This document shows positions 49,713 through 58,699 of a stretch of 64,000 nt of DNA, piece by piece (positions within the stretch are counted from its first letter, which is position 1; the number at the start of each line of letters is the position of its first letter). The translations under genes and the position numbers were made by a program. The DNA comes from an uncultured Candidatus Micrarchaeota archaeon. Its GTDB lineage: Archaea > Micrarchaeota > Micrarchaeia > Anstonellales > Bilamarchaeaceae. The notes below the pieces were generated by a model, which had not been told where the DNA came from, made no database searches, and was given only the letters and a program-made list of their open reading frames with translations. The stretch covers positions 1,056,001 to 1,120,000 of the forward strand of contig OY970229.1 in assembly GCA_963714085.1 (NCBI GenBank), in the 5' to 3' direction.

Positions 49713-50471
49713 ATGGTCGAGTTTCCGGAGCCGGACGAGCTCGTCATAGTTGTCATAAAGAAGATCATGCCCTATGGCGCGTTCTGCGTGCTTCCGGAAT
49801 ACGGCAACATGGAGGCTTTCCTCCACGTATCCGAGATAGCCCCCAGGTGGATAAAGAACATCCACGAGTTCATATCCGAGGGCCAGCGCCACGTGGCCAA
49901 GATACACCGCGTGGACAGGGAGAAGAACCAGGTCGACGTTTCGCTCAAGCGGGTCAACGAGGAGGAGAAGAAGGGGAAGCTCGAGGTCATCCGCACGGAG
50001 AAGAGGGCGGAGAAGCTGCTCTCGCTCGTGCTGAAGAACTCGAAGTCCAAGCTCAAGCCCGAGGAGGCCGCGGAGCTCCTCACCAAGGAGTTCGGCGACG
50101 TCTGGTCCGCGTTTGCGGTGGCGTTCGAGAAGAAGGAGGCGGGCCTCAAGGGCGTGGACCTGCCAGACCCGGTCAAGGCGGAGATAGTCGCGATCGCGGA
50201 GAAGAACATCAAGAGGCCGACGGTCGAGGTCTCGGGAATGATAAACCTCGCCTGCCTCGGCGTGGACGGCCTGGGCGACATAAAGAAGGTGCTCGCTTCC
50301 GAAGAGGAGGACGTGGAGATCCACTACCTGGGCGCGCCGCGCTATAGGATCCAGCTCACAGCGCCCAATTACAAGGACGGGGAGAAGCGGCTCGCCAAGA
50401 TAATCGAGAGGATGCAGGAGATGGCGCAGAAATGCAGCTGCGACTTCAGCTTCGAGCTCGAGAAATCCTGA
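49713..50471 (+). CDS. eif2a: Translation initiation factor 2 alpha subunit
   Basis: S1 domain LHVSEIAPRWIKNI, VDVSLKRV, GAPRYRI. Confidence 0.95.
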   Translation: MVEFPEPDELVIVVIKKIMPYGAFCVLPEYGNMEAFLHVSEIAPRWIKNIHEFISEGQRHVAKIHRVDREKNQVDVSLKRVNEEEKKGKLEVIRTEKRAEKLLSLVLKNSKSKLKPEEAAELLTKEFGDVWSAFAVAFEKKEAGLKGVDLPDPVKAEIVAIAEKNIKRPTVEVSGMINLACLGVDGLGDIKKVLASEEEDVEIHYLGAPRYRIQLTAPNYKDGEKRLAKIIERMQEMAQKCSCDFSFELEKS

Positions 50472-50517
50472 GCAGGCGGCACGTATTTTAACCTTGCCGC
50501 AGAGTTGATTCCATAAC

Positions 50518-50676
50518 ATGAAAAAGCTCCGTAAATGTACGGTCTGCGGCAACTATACCCTCGGTGACGCGCACTGCGGGAAGCCGACGGCTTCCGGCCA
50601 TCCGGCCGGATACGACCCGAACGACCGCTACGGCGATTACAGGAGAAGATGGAAAGGTGTTTCTTATGAGGACTGA
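50518..50676 (+). CDS. nop10: H/ACA RNP protein Nop10
   Basis: RKCTVCGNYTL...HP..Y.PNDRYGDYRR (below the ORF-track cutoff). Confidence 0.92.
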   Translation: MKKLRKCTVCGNYTLGDAHCGKPTASGHPAGYDPNDRYGDYRRRWKGVSYED

Positions 50677-51421
50677 AATCGTCGAGAAGAGGAAGATAAG
50701 GTTCAAGAACGGCGTGCTAATAACCGGGCTTCCCGGCATAGGGCTCATAGGCCAGGTCGTCGGGCGCTACCTGGTGGAGGAGCTCAAGGCGAAGAAGGTC
50801 GCCAACCTGTACTCGAACCACTTCCCGCACCAGGTCTTCATGACCAAGAAGGGCGGGCTGCGGCTCATCAAGAACAGCTTCTACGAGTACCGCGACGGCA
50901 AGAACGAGTTCCTCATCCTGGTCGGCGACGTGCAGGCCATGTCCTCCATAGGGCAGTACGAGGTCGTGGAGTACATCCTCGAATACGCCAAGAAGGTCGG
51001 CGTGAACACGATACTGACCGTCGGCGGCTACAGCACGGGCAAGATAAGCGAGGATAGGCGCATATTCGCGGTCACCACGCACAAGGAGATGCTATCCAGC
51101 TTCAAGAAGCACGGCGTGATATTCGGGGAGGCCAAGGGCTCCATAGTGGGCGTGGCCGGGCTGCTTCCGGCCGTCGGCAAGCTGCGCGGCTTCAAGGGTG
51201 TGTGCCTCATGGGCGAGACCCACGGCGGCTACGTGGACACCGTCTCCGCCAGGAACATCGTGAAGCTGATCTCGAGCTATTTCCAGATATCCGTGGACCT
51301 CAAAAGGCTGGACCAGAAGGCCAAGGAGAGCGAGAAGATGCTCAAGAAGATAGAAGAGGAGATCCAGAAGTCCATGGTCGCCCCCTTCGAATCCCCCAAG
51401 GGCGTCTCATACATCCGCTGA
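50666..51421 (+). CDS. PAC2 family proteasome assembly chaperone
   Basis: TGLPGIGLIG, LMGET, C-terminal YIR; conserved position after nop10. Confidence 0.9.
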   Translation: MRTEIVEKRKIRFKNGVLITGLPGIGLIGQVVGRYLVEELKAKKVANLYSNHFPHQVFMTKKGGLRLIKNSFYEYRDGKNEFLILVGDVQAMSSIGQYEVVEYILEYAKKVGVNTILTVGGYSTGKISEDRRIFAVTTHKEMLSSFKKHGVIFGEAKGSIVGVAGLLPAVGKLRGFKGVCLMGETHGGYVDTVSARNIVKLISSYFQISVDLKRLDQKAKESEKMLKKIEEEIQKSMVAPFESPKGVSYIR

Positions 51422-51527
51422 GACTCCTGATTTTTTTATTTTCTGTCCTGTAGCGGCAGCCAGCCTAGCTAAAATGGGCATGGGCGGCCCTAAACGCGGA
51501 AATAAAAAATGGAGGAAGAAGCCGTTC

Positions 51528-51812
51528 CTAAAGCACGGTCATCTTGCCGAACTTGCCGAGCGTGAGCTGCGGGGTCCCCTGCCATTCGTTGACGTAGCCG
51601 TTCTCTATCTTCAGCTTCGAGCCCTCTTTCACGAGGTCTATCTGCTCGTTCCAGAGCACGAGCGTTATGGTGCCGCTGTCATCCTTTATCGTGGCGTTCG
51701 CCACCCTGAGCTTGCGGCCGTACTTGTTTATCTCCCTGGCCGCGTCTATGGAAACGACCTCTACATCGAGGTTCACGCTGCCGGTGCCAGGCTTAAGTTC
51801 GCTGATATTCAT
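51528..51812 (-). CDS. ssb: Single-OB-fold ssDNA-binding protein (SSB/RPA)
   Basis: KDDSGTITLVLW, IENGYVNEWQG; GAGGTG SD. Confidence 0.9.
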   Translation of the reverse strand: MNISELKPGTGSVNLDVEVVSIDAAREINKYGRKLRVANATIKDDSGTITLVLWNEQIDLVKEGSKLKIENGYVNEWQGTPQLTLGKFGKMTVL

Positions 51813-51909
51813 CAATACACCTCTTACTTTTTAGTTGTAAAAGGGGAATAATTAAAAATGGTGGGCATCGGAGATTTAAACTCATCCGGCATAGATAACA
51901 TCTGCTGCC

Positions 51910-51981
51910 GCCCCAGTAGCTCATCGGTAGAGCGCTCGCCTTGTAAGCGAGAGGCAGGGGTTTCAATTACCCTCTGGGGCT
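51910..51981 (+). tRNA. tRNA-Thr(UGU), atypical U53-A61 pair
   Basis: GCCCCAG TA GCTC ATCGGTA GAGC G CTCGC CTTGTAA GCGAG AGGCA GGGGT TTCAATT ACCCT CTGGGGC T. Confidence 0.88.
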
Positions 51982-52958
51982 TTTTTCAGCTCTCCCCTCA
52001 GCGGATTCAGCATCCTTTCCTCTATCGCCGCGACATAGGCGTGCCTGCCTATGAGGTGACCGAATTTGGTCTTTATCTCGAGGAGGAAGCGGTGCAGCTC
52101 CATGACGTCCTCCACTATGACGTCTACTTCTATGTCCCAGGAGCCGATCGTCTTGTTCAGGAAAATCACATTGTCGTGCTCGAGGCAGAACTCCAGGAAC
52201 CTCTTCTCTTTTTCCGCCGTCATGCCACGGAAACCGAACATGATCTTGTAATACTCCAGCCCCAGCTTCTTCGCGTCGTACCAGGAAGTGTAGCCCAGTA
52301 TGAAGCGCTTTTTCGTGAGTTTTTTGATCCGGTACTGGACCGCGTCCGGGGTCAGGCCCACCAGCGCGGCCAGCTCCACGGTCGTCGAGCGGGCATTTCC
52401 GTAAAGCGCGGCGAGCAGCTTCATGTCCGTACCATCCGGCTTTTCGGCCTCGGTCACACTCTCGAGCGGGAATTCCGGATGGCGTTCGCCTCCGAATGCG
52501 CGGTTCCACGACAGATACGTCTGGTATGTCGTGGTCGCGACCGTCTTCTCGATTATCCTTTTCCCGAAGCGCTCGGTCACGAGGTTCATGATCTCCTCGA
52601 CTTCGACCTCGTCCTTCGCGAGTATGCGCCAAAGCACGTCGTACTCCCCTTCGCAGACAACCCCCCAGAGCGTCCTTGGGATCGATTCGAAGAGGGCCAA
52701 AACATCCTTTTCGGTCTTATCGTCCATCACGTCGAACCTGAAATAGAGCCGATAGGATTTGAGGCCGAGCTTTGCGAAATTGACGTCAGCCATGAGCAGG
52801 GAGACTGCCCCCCTGTCCTTGAGGGTCCTGAATCTTCTCTCCACCGCGCTGCTGCTTAGCTTCAGCTTCCTGCCCATTTCTGTGAAGCTCGCACGAGAGT
52901 TGAGGTATAACAGAGTGAGCAGGTCCCTGTCCTTCTTATCGAGCCTCATTTTCTCCAT
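51963..52958 (-). CDS. Tandem (double) Lrp/AsnC transcriptional regulator
   Basis: Two HTH+RAM units (LDKKD..LL..NSR; DMKLL..NAR...RIKKL); GEYD and GSWD motifs. Confidence 0.9.
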   Translation of the reverse strand: MEKMRLDKKDRDLLTLLYLNSRASFTEMGRKLKLSSSAVERRFRTLKDRGAVSLLMADVNFAKLGLKSYRLYFRFDVMDDKTEKDVLALFESIPRTLWGVVCEGEYDVLWRILAKDEVEVEEIMNLVTERFGKRIIEKTVATTTYQTYLSWNRAFGGERHPEFPLESVTEAEKPDGTDMKLLAALYGNARSTTVELAALVGLTPDAVQYRIKKLTKKRFILGYTSWYDAKKLGLEYYKIMFGFRGMTAEKEKRFLEFCLEHDNVIFLNKTIGSWDIEVDVIVEDVMELHRFLLEIKTKFGHLIGRHAYVAAIEERMLNPLRGELKKAPEGN

Positions 52959-53074
52959 ATTTGCAATTATTACTAAAATATTTAAATAATTTACGGTTTT
53001 CTTGCGTTTTTCTTTGAAATATAATATATACTCTGATTGCTTAGTTGTAATTGGTGATAATTATGGTATTGGTT

Positions 53075-53590
53075 ATGAGCAACAAACCGAAAGAACTCGA
53101 ACATGCGGTGCTGGGGCCGGCAAGCCCGGCGCAGCTTCAAACGAAGCTTCCTGCAGTGGAGCCGATCTCGAAAATGAAGACCGTGGTCGTGATGCGGCAT
53201 GCGGAATATATAGAAAAATATGGTGCGTGCAGCCTCCATCCCATTGGGGAAAACCAAATCGCACGTGCTGCCGAGCAATTGAGGGGGGTTGTGAGTGGAA
53301 AAGATGCAGTCATTCTCATGTCTAGTGCTTTCTGGGTGCCTCTAAGTGGTGATTCTCTTGGCAAGAAACTCGGGATAACTAGGATAACGAAAGAAGAAAG
53401 ATTGACCATGGGGCGCTCAGATGTCCATGGATTGCTGAGAGATCTGCCAAAGATGGATGCGAGCGTCATCATCCTGGTCACGCACGAGCCAGAAGCAGCG
53501 GACCTTTCGTATACGCTTCGTGCCGTGTCAGTTAGACTCGAAAATGGAGGATTCTTCATCGCAAAACTGCAAGGTGATAACGATGGCTGA
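53075..53590 (+). CDS. SixA-like histidine phosphatase
   Basis: VVMRHA, L.P.G..Q, ILVTHEP. Confidence 0.75.
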   Translation: MSNKPKELEHAVLGPASPAQLQTKLPAVEPISKMKTVVVMRHAEYIEKYGACSLHPIGENQIARAAEQLRGVVSGKDAVILMSSAFWVPLSGDSLGKKLGITRITKEERLTMGRSDVHGLLRDLPKMDASVIILVTHEPEAADLSYTLRAVSVRLENGGFFIAKLQGDNDG

Positions 53591-54278
53591 ACTGAAATAT
53601 GGAAAAACAGATGAGAAACCGGGGTGGCCCAAAATGACAGCAAGAAAGCTCGGCCGTGCACTCGTAGGGGCAGCGTTCGCAGCGGGTCTTATGCTCTTGA
53701 CGCCGAAGCCAGCCAAGGCGGATTCGATCGAACTGATGGCAGGAAACAAGAGCGCCACCATGGACATGAAAGCCTCGGCTGACGTTACGAATAAGCTGAA
53801 CGTGCTCATCAGGGCGAGGCCGTCCGTGGATTACACTCGAGCGATCAGTTCATTCGGCCTCGTGGATCTGAACATCAAACTGGTCGGCGGATTGGATGCC
53901 ATGGGCGAGGTCCAGGCTTTCGGAGGGAAGGTCGTACCGAGGACCGGCGCGCAGTATTTCATCAAAACCGGGGATTTCAGCCTGTACGACTCGGCGACGA
54001 TAGGCCTGGACAGCAAACCCTATCTGGAATCAGACACTGTCCTGAGATACGTTCCGGTGCTTCGCAATAACCTGAGGCTGCTCATGCAGGCCGAAGGCTT
54101 GAGCGACGTAGACGCCGGAGGGAACGTTTTCAGCACGCAGAGGATGCGGCTCGGGGTCGAATCGAAGGGCTGGGGAGCCGGAGCTGCGATTGATCTGACC
54201 GAAACAGGTCGCAATCCGAGCGCTCATGACGGGGCATTCGGCTGGAATGCCGGCGGTTTCATGTCGAAGAGATTCTGA
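53583..54278 (+). CDS. Exported beta-strand-rich protein, OMP/beta-barrel-like
   Basis: Signal peptide ending AKA-D; alternating hydrophobic/polar strands; ends WNAGGFMSKRF. Confidence 0.6.
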   Translation: MAELKYGKTDEKPGWPKMTARKLGRALVGAAFAAGLMLLTPKPAKADSIELMAGNKSATMDMKASADVTNKLNVLIRARPSVDYTRAISSFGLVDLNIKLVGGLDAMGEVQAFGGKVVPRTGAQYFIKTGDFSLYDSATIGLDSKPYLESDTVLRYVPVLRNNLRLLMQAEGLSDVDAGGNVFSTQRMRLGVESKGWGAGAAIDLTETGRNPSAHDGAFGWNAGGFMSKRF

Positions 54279-54292
54279 TTCGGGTGAATTCA

Positions 54293-55018
54293 ATGACTCC
54301 TGCGATGAGGGACAAGGACGCCCTTTTCAAGGGCGAACAGGCAAAGGAATACGCGCTGTTCAATCGTGCGGTCCCGCACCACGACGACTTCCAGCGGACG
54401 GTCGGGCGGTTGGTGAATTCCAGCATCGTCCGCCCAGCAGTAATGCGCGGAAAAAAGGCAACGCTGGCAGAAGGCGGCATCGGGATCGGTTGCAGCCTCG
54501 CCATGGTGCTTGATGAAACAGGTGGTCTTGCCGGAGTGGAACGCCTCTATGCGATCGATGCAAGCCCTGCCATGGTTGACATCTGCAGAAGCACTTTCGC
54601 AGTTCCGCAGATAGAATTCGTAACCGCGGACCTGCTAAGCTTCCTTGAAGGTCCTGCACCCCTTCTGGAAGGCCTCTATAGCGCTTATACGATACACAAC
54701 ATGTCGCAAGCTGACCAGATACTCATCTTTAAGGCGATATACGCGAAACTGAAGCCAGGCGGTTGTTTTGTGGACGGCGACCTCCTCGCATACTCCGATC
54801 CGGAGGCACAGAAACGCACTTTCCAGTGGCAGCTTGAAATGGTCGTGAAGGAACTGCCCTCGGAACTCGCCGCGAGCTGGATTGACCATTACAACGAGGA
54901 CGCACCGAGGTATTTCACGGTGGAGCAGCTGCTCTCAATACTTTCAGGCATCGGCTTCAAGGCAAGCCTGGAATACCGCGAGAAGCTCGAGGCGGTGATC
55001 CTCGCGAGGAAGCCCTGA
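54293..55018 (+). CDS. Class I SAM-dependent methyltransferase
   Basis: EGGIGIG, AIDAS..M, YTIHN, LKPGG.FVDGD. Confidence 0.85.
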   Translation: MTPAMRDKDALFKGEQAKEYALFNRAVPHHDDFQRTVGRLVNSSIVRPAVMRGKKATLAEGGIGIGCSLAMVLDETGGLAGVERLYAIDASPAMVDICRSTFAVPQIEFVTADLLSFLEGPAPLLEGLYSAYTIHNMSQADQILIFKAIYAKLKPGGCFVDGDLLAYSDPEAQKRTFQWQLEMVVKELPSELAASWIDHYNEDAPRYFTVEQLLSILSGIGFKASLEYREKLEAVILARKP

Positions 55019-55149
55019 GTGTCACCGCGGAAATGAGGTCTGACGCAGTCCTCTACTTTCCGAGGAAGCCGACGTCCACCGCGGAAATCCACCCCCGGAA
55101 AGGATATAAACACAGAAAAACCGAGTGGCATCCATGACAAATTTTCGGG

Positions 55150-56196
55150 ATGATTCCCATGGAAGACAACGCCATGAAAGATGATGTTACCGGGAAAGAG
55201 TACGGGAAATTTCTCGGCGAAATCAAACGGAGAATTGCGGCATCCCAATATGCGGCACTGAAAGCAGTAAACAAGGGACTCATTGCACTATACTGGGATC
55301 TGGGCAAAAGTATCGTGGAGCAACAGGAACGATTCGAATGGGGTCGCTCCATTGTTGAAACCCTTGCCAATGATCTTCAAAAAGAATACCCTGGCATGCG
55401 GGGTTTCTCTTCGCAAAACCTTTGGTATATACGACAATTCTACATGAATTATAAGGATAATCCAAAACTCCAACCATTGGTTGGAGAAATAAGCTGGGCC
55501 AAAAATATCATTATTTTCTCCAAATGCAAAGACGAATTGGAAAGAGAATTCTACATAAAAATGACCAAAAAATTTGGATGGAGCAAGAGCATCCTTATCC
55601 ACCAGATTGAAGGCAAAGCCTATGAAAAATACCTTCTCAATCAGACGAGCTTTGATGGTACCGTATCCACAGAGTACAAAAACCAGGCCAAGCTCGCTGT
55701 GAAGGACGAATATACTTTTGATTTTCTTGAACTCTCTGAAGAGCATTCGGAAAAACAGCTCGAAGACGCCCTTATCGGAAAAATAAGCCGCTTTCTCCTC
55801 GAGATGGGAGATGGTTTTTGCTTTGTTGGAAGTCAATACAGAATTGAAATCAGCGAAGAGGAATATTTCATAGACCTTGTTTTGTATCATCGGAAGCTGA
55901 AAAGCCTTGTTGCAATCGAGCTCAAGGTCGGGAAATTCAAGCCGGAATATGCAGGTAAGATGCAGTTCTACCTATCGGTGCTGAATGACAAAGTCCGGCT
56001 GAATGGCGAAAATCCCGCGATAGGCATGATCATCTGCAAAGAGAAAAATCGAACTGTGGTGGAATACGCGCTCAAGGACGTGAACAAACCCATTGGCATC
56101 GCCACGTACAAGATTACTTCATCCTTGCCTAGGGGCTTATTGAAATACCTCCCTTCAAAAGAAAAAATCGTGGAACGGTTGGAAGCGTTGGAATGA
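55150..56196 (+). CDS. YhcG/DUF1016 PD-(D/E)XK nuclease family protein
   Basis: LYWDLG, GFSSQNL, KDEYTFDFL, IDLVLYH...IELK, GKMQFY; AT-rich. Confidence 0.93.
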   Translation: MIPMEDNAMKDDVTGKEYGKFLGEIKRRIAASQYAALKAVNKGLIALYWDLGKSIVEQQERFEWGRSIVETLANDLQKEYPGMRGFSSQNLWYIRQFYMNYKDNPKLQPLVGEISWAKNIIIFSKCKDELEREFYIKMTKKFGWSKSILIHQIEGKAYEKYLLNQTSFDGTVSTEYKNQAKLAVKDEYTFDFLELSEEHSEKQLEDALIGKISRFLLEMGDGFCFVGSQYRIEISEEEYFIDLVLYHRKLKSLVAIELKVGKFKPEYAGKMQFYLSVLNDKVRLNGENPAIGMIICKEKNRTVVEYALKDVNKPIGIATYKITSSLPRGLLKYLPSKEKIVERLEALE

Positions 56197-56200
56197 TTCT

Positions 56201-57277
56201 ATGAAAACCGGCTCAGTCGACCTTCCGTTGCATCCTGGCAAGTGCCCGCCATGGCTGTTCCGCAGGATGAAGCCGCTCTCAAAGGCCATAAGCCAGCTGG
56301 TGATAGACGAGTACGGCACCCTGGAATTGCTCAGGCGCCTCTCCGACCCGATGTTCTTCCAGTCTCTGGCGTGCGTCATCGGGTTTGATTGGCATTCATC
56401 GGGTACGACCACCACAGCGTGCGGCGCCCTCAAGGAAGCGCTCACCGAAGACATGGGAATCGTCGCATGCGGCGGCAAAGGCAAAACATCCAGAAAAACC
56501 CCGAGCGAAATCACCGCGTACTCGGACCGCTTCAACATCTCCGAATCAAAAAGAAGCGCGTTGCTTCAAGCGACCCGCTTATCTGCCAAAGTCGACAGTT
56601 CCTGCGTCCAGGACGGCTACGAGCTCTACCATCATTCGTTCTTCATGGACGAGAAGGGGAACTGGGCGGTAGTGCAGCAGGGTCTCAACAACGGGAACGG
56701 GTTCGCGAGGAGATACCACTGGCTCGATACGGATAATTTCACCGAAGGGCCACCTGAGAGCATCGCTGGCATGAGCAAGGAGGAAAACGTGCTGAACCTC
56801 GTGAGCTCCGAGACCAACGACGCCCGCGAGCGCTCGGTTGAACTCGTCCAGGACAATCCCCTGCGGCTGCAGAAATACTTCACGGGCCAGACCACGCTTT
56901 TCGATTCCGGTTTCTTCGCGCTTCCGGAGCGGCATGAAATACTCCAATGTGATATGTCGAAGAAGGACTGGGAGGCGCTCGAGCGCGCGTACGAGCTGCA
57001 GCCGCAAAACTACAAGGAGCTCCTGTCGCTGAGCGGCATGGGGAAGAAGAAGCTGCGCGCCCTCGCTTTGGTTTCAAAACTGATATACGGGAGCAATCTA
57101 GACTGGAAGGATCCGGTCAAGTACTCATTTTCCCATGGAGGTAAAGACGGTTATCCATTTTTCGTTCAGCGAGATGTTTATGATCATTCCATATCGTTTT
57201 TACGAGATGTGATTGAAGCAGCTAACTTAGACGCAAATGAGAAGAAAAATGCGTTGAAGCGACTCTCGATTATTTGA
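56201..57277 (+). CDS. DUF763 domain protein (3' end recoded, AT-rich)
   Basis: DLPLH.G..P.WL, GFDWHSSG.TT, AKVD...QDG, WAVVQQG, SHGGKDG. Confidence 0.92.
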   Translation: MKTGSVDLPLHPGKCPPWLFRRMKPLSKAISQLVIDEYGTLELLRRLSDPMFFQSLACVIGFDWHSSGTTTTACGALKEALTEDMGIVACGGKGKTSRKTPSEITAYSDRFNISESKRSALLQATRLSAKVDSSCVQDGYELYHHSFFMDEKGNWAVVQQGLNNGNGFARRYHWLDTDNFTEGPPESIAGMSKEENVLNLVSSETNDARERSVELVQDNPLRLQKYFTGQTTLFDSGFFALPERHEILQCDMSKKDWEALERAYELQPQNYKELLSLSGMGKKKLRALALVSKLIYGSNLDWKDPVKYSFSHGGKDGYPFFVQRDVYDHSISFLRDVIEAANLDANEKKNALKRLSII

Positions 57278-57303
57278 AGACAAAATATCATGCGGTGTTG
57301 TTT

Positions 57304-58530
57304 ATGGCAAATGCTTCATCCTTGAATAGACTAGAGACAAAAGCAAAGAAAAGACAGATATTCATCGAATATTTGCAAAAAGAAGCTTCAATCGGTCACT
57401 ATCCTACATACAATGAACTTAGCGAACTATTCCACATTAATCTCAGAACTGTATTCCCAAGTATTATCGATGCATATCATCAAGCTGGTGTCGCATACGT
57501 TCGTGATCCAAATCCATTCATAAAATACGAAAAAGAACGAAAACTTACCGTAATCAGTGTCAAACTCTTTAGGAAAATGGGCTACAAAATTGAACGGATT
57601 TCAATTGGTCCATCCACAAAAGGCGGACCGGACATACTTATCCGAAATCCAGGTGGTAGCATCATTCCAGTAGAAATAAAAGGTTACCATAAATTCGGAA
57701 GCATAGGGGGTTATGGGCATCATACCCCATATTCACATTACTTTGGTATGGAGATGGAACAGCTTCTTTCTTACATGAGTGCATATTCTGCAAAGACCGG
57801 TTATCTTGTAACTAGTACGGACAGAAACAACTTATGCAACCCCGACCCCCGGGTGAAAATTTTCTTTTCAAATGATCTTCGGCATCTTCTTATACGATAC
57901 GGCATGCATGATGAACTGAAGAACCTGGAATGGGTGAGAAATACATATACATCCTACAGTAAGAGAAGTCGCATAGAGTTGACAAAAAACCGCATAAAAA
58001 AATATTGCAAGATGGCACTGGCGCAAGGGAAGTACACCAGCAGGAGAACACTTCAGGGAGCATTGAGAATCAATCTTAAATCGTACTTCGGAAGCATGAA
58101 AGATGTATACGCCGAAATTGGTGTGGATGCAAACTCCCTGCCAAACCATAGAATGGGCGGCCAAGCAGATAAAAGTGTCATGAAAGACCGAATTCTTGTT
58201 TATGTAAAATCTATGAGCAAAAAAGGAATAAAGGCAACGTACAAGGAGATACAAAGAACATTCGGGTGCCTTCCGAAGCTTTACTTCCCAGGTGGAATAC
58301 GTGAAATCTATGACCGTGCGGGTGTCCAATATGATCGCATTGCTGTTTCAAAGACCCCAGAAGAAAGGCGTGCGATAAGGAGTCGGATACTTTCGTATAT
58401 CCGAGAGAATGCTTCAAAAGGTAAACACATCGGATGGACGGAAATAAACAAAGAATTAAGGGTCGGCCTTGGAAATTATTTTAAGACTCTAAACGATGCA
58501 TATCGGGCAGCTGGAGTTACTCTCGAATAA
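57304..58530 (+). CDS. PD-(D/E)XK (Mrr-like) endonuclease with four homing-endonuclease-associated-type repeats
   Basis: E...GY...GPDILI...VEIK...QL..Y core; four ~45-aa repeats ending F.S..DAY..AGV; strongly AT-rich. Confidence 0.75.
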   Translation: MANASSLNRLETKAKKRQIFIEYLQKEASIGHYPTYNELSELFHINLRTVFPSIIDAYHQAGVAYVRDPNPFIKYEKERKLTVISVKLFRKMGYKIERISIGPSTKGGPDILIRNPGGSIIPVEIKGYHKFGSIGGYGHHTPYSHYFGMEMEQLLSYMSAYSAKTGYLVTSTDRNNLCNPDPRVKIFFSNDLRHLLIRYGMHDELKNLEWVRNTYTSYSKRSRIELTKNRIKKYCKMALAQGKYTSRRTLQGALRINLKSYFGSMKDVYAEIGVDANSLPNHRMGGQADKSVMKDRILVYVKSMSKKGIKATYKEIQRTFGCLPKLYFPGGIREIYDRAGVQYDRIAVSKTPEERRAIRSRILSYIRENASKGKHIGWTEINKELRVGLGNYFKTLNDAYRAAGVTLE

Positions 58531-58550
58531 CAGAATTTGTTTTCCTTTTC

Positions 58551-58655
58551 AAATCCTACGACCACACCATAGCTTTCCTGCGGGATGCGATTGACGCGGC
58601 GAAAATGGATTCCGAAGAGAAGAAGGCGGCGTTGAGGCGATTGCAAGCCATTTGA
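58551..58655 (+). pseudogene. Stranded original 3' end of the DUF763 gene
   Basis: Encodes KSYDHTIAFLRDAIDAAKMDSEEKKAALRRLQAI*, 20/32 identical to the current C-terminus, in host-like GC-rich codons, with no start. Confidence 0.88.
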
Positions 58656-58699
58656 GAAAACGATTATTTTATAAAGAATATGATTGTATTATATAAAAT

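Noticed and set aside
51859..51883. tRNA-3'-end-like sequence on the minus strand (GAGTTTAAATCTCCGATGCCCACCA) as a possible att remnant
   Set aside because: Only a 3-bp T-stem, spacing one base short, and the TTTAAA is well placed as the tRNA-Thr TATA box; no matching tRNA in the window
57178..58556. Interpretation of the DUF763 insert as a self-splicing or BHB intron
   Set aside because: The gene already terminates in a complete substitute C-terminus, the insert is almost entirely coding, and no group I core or BHB junction was seen
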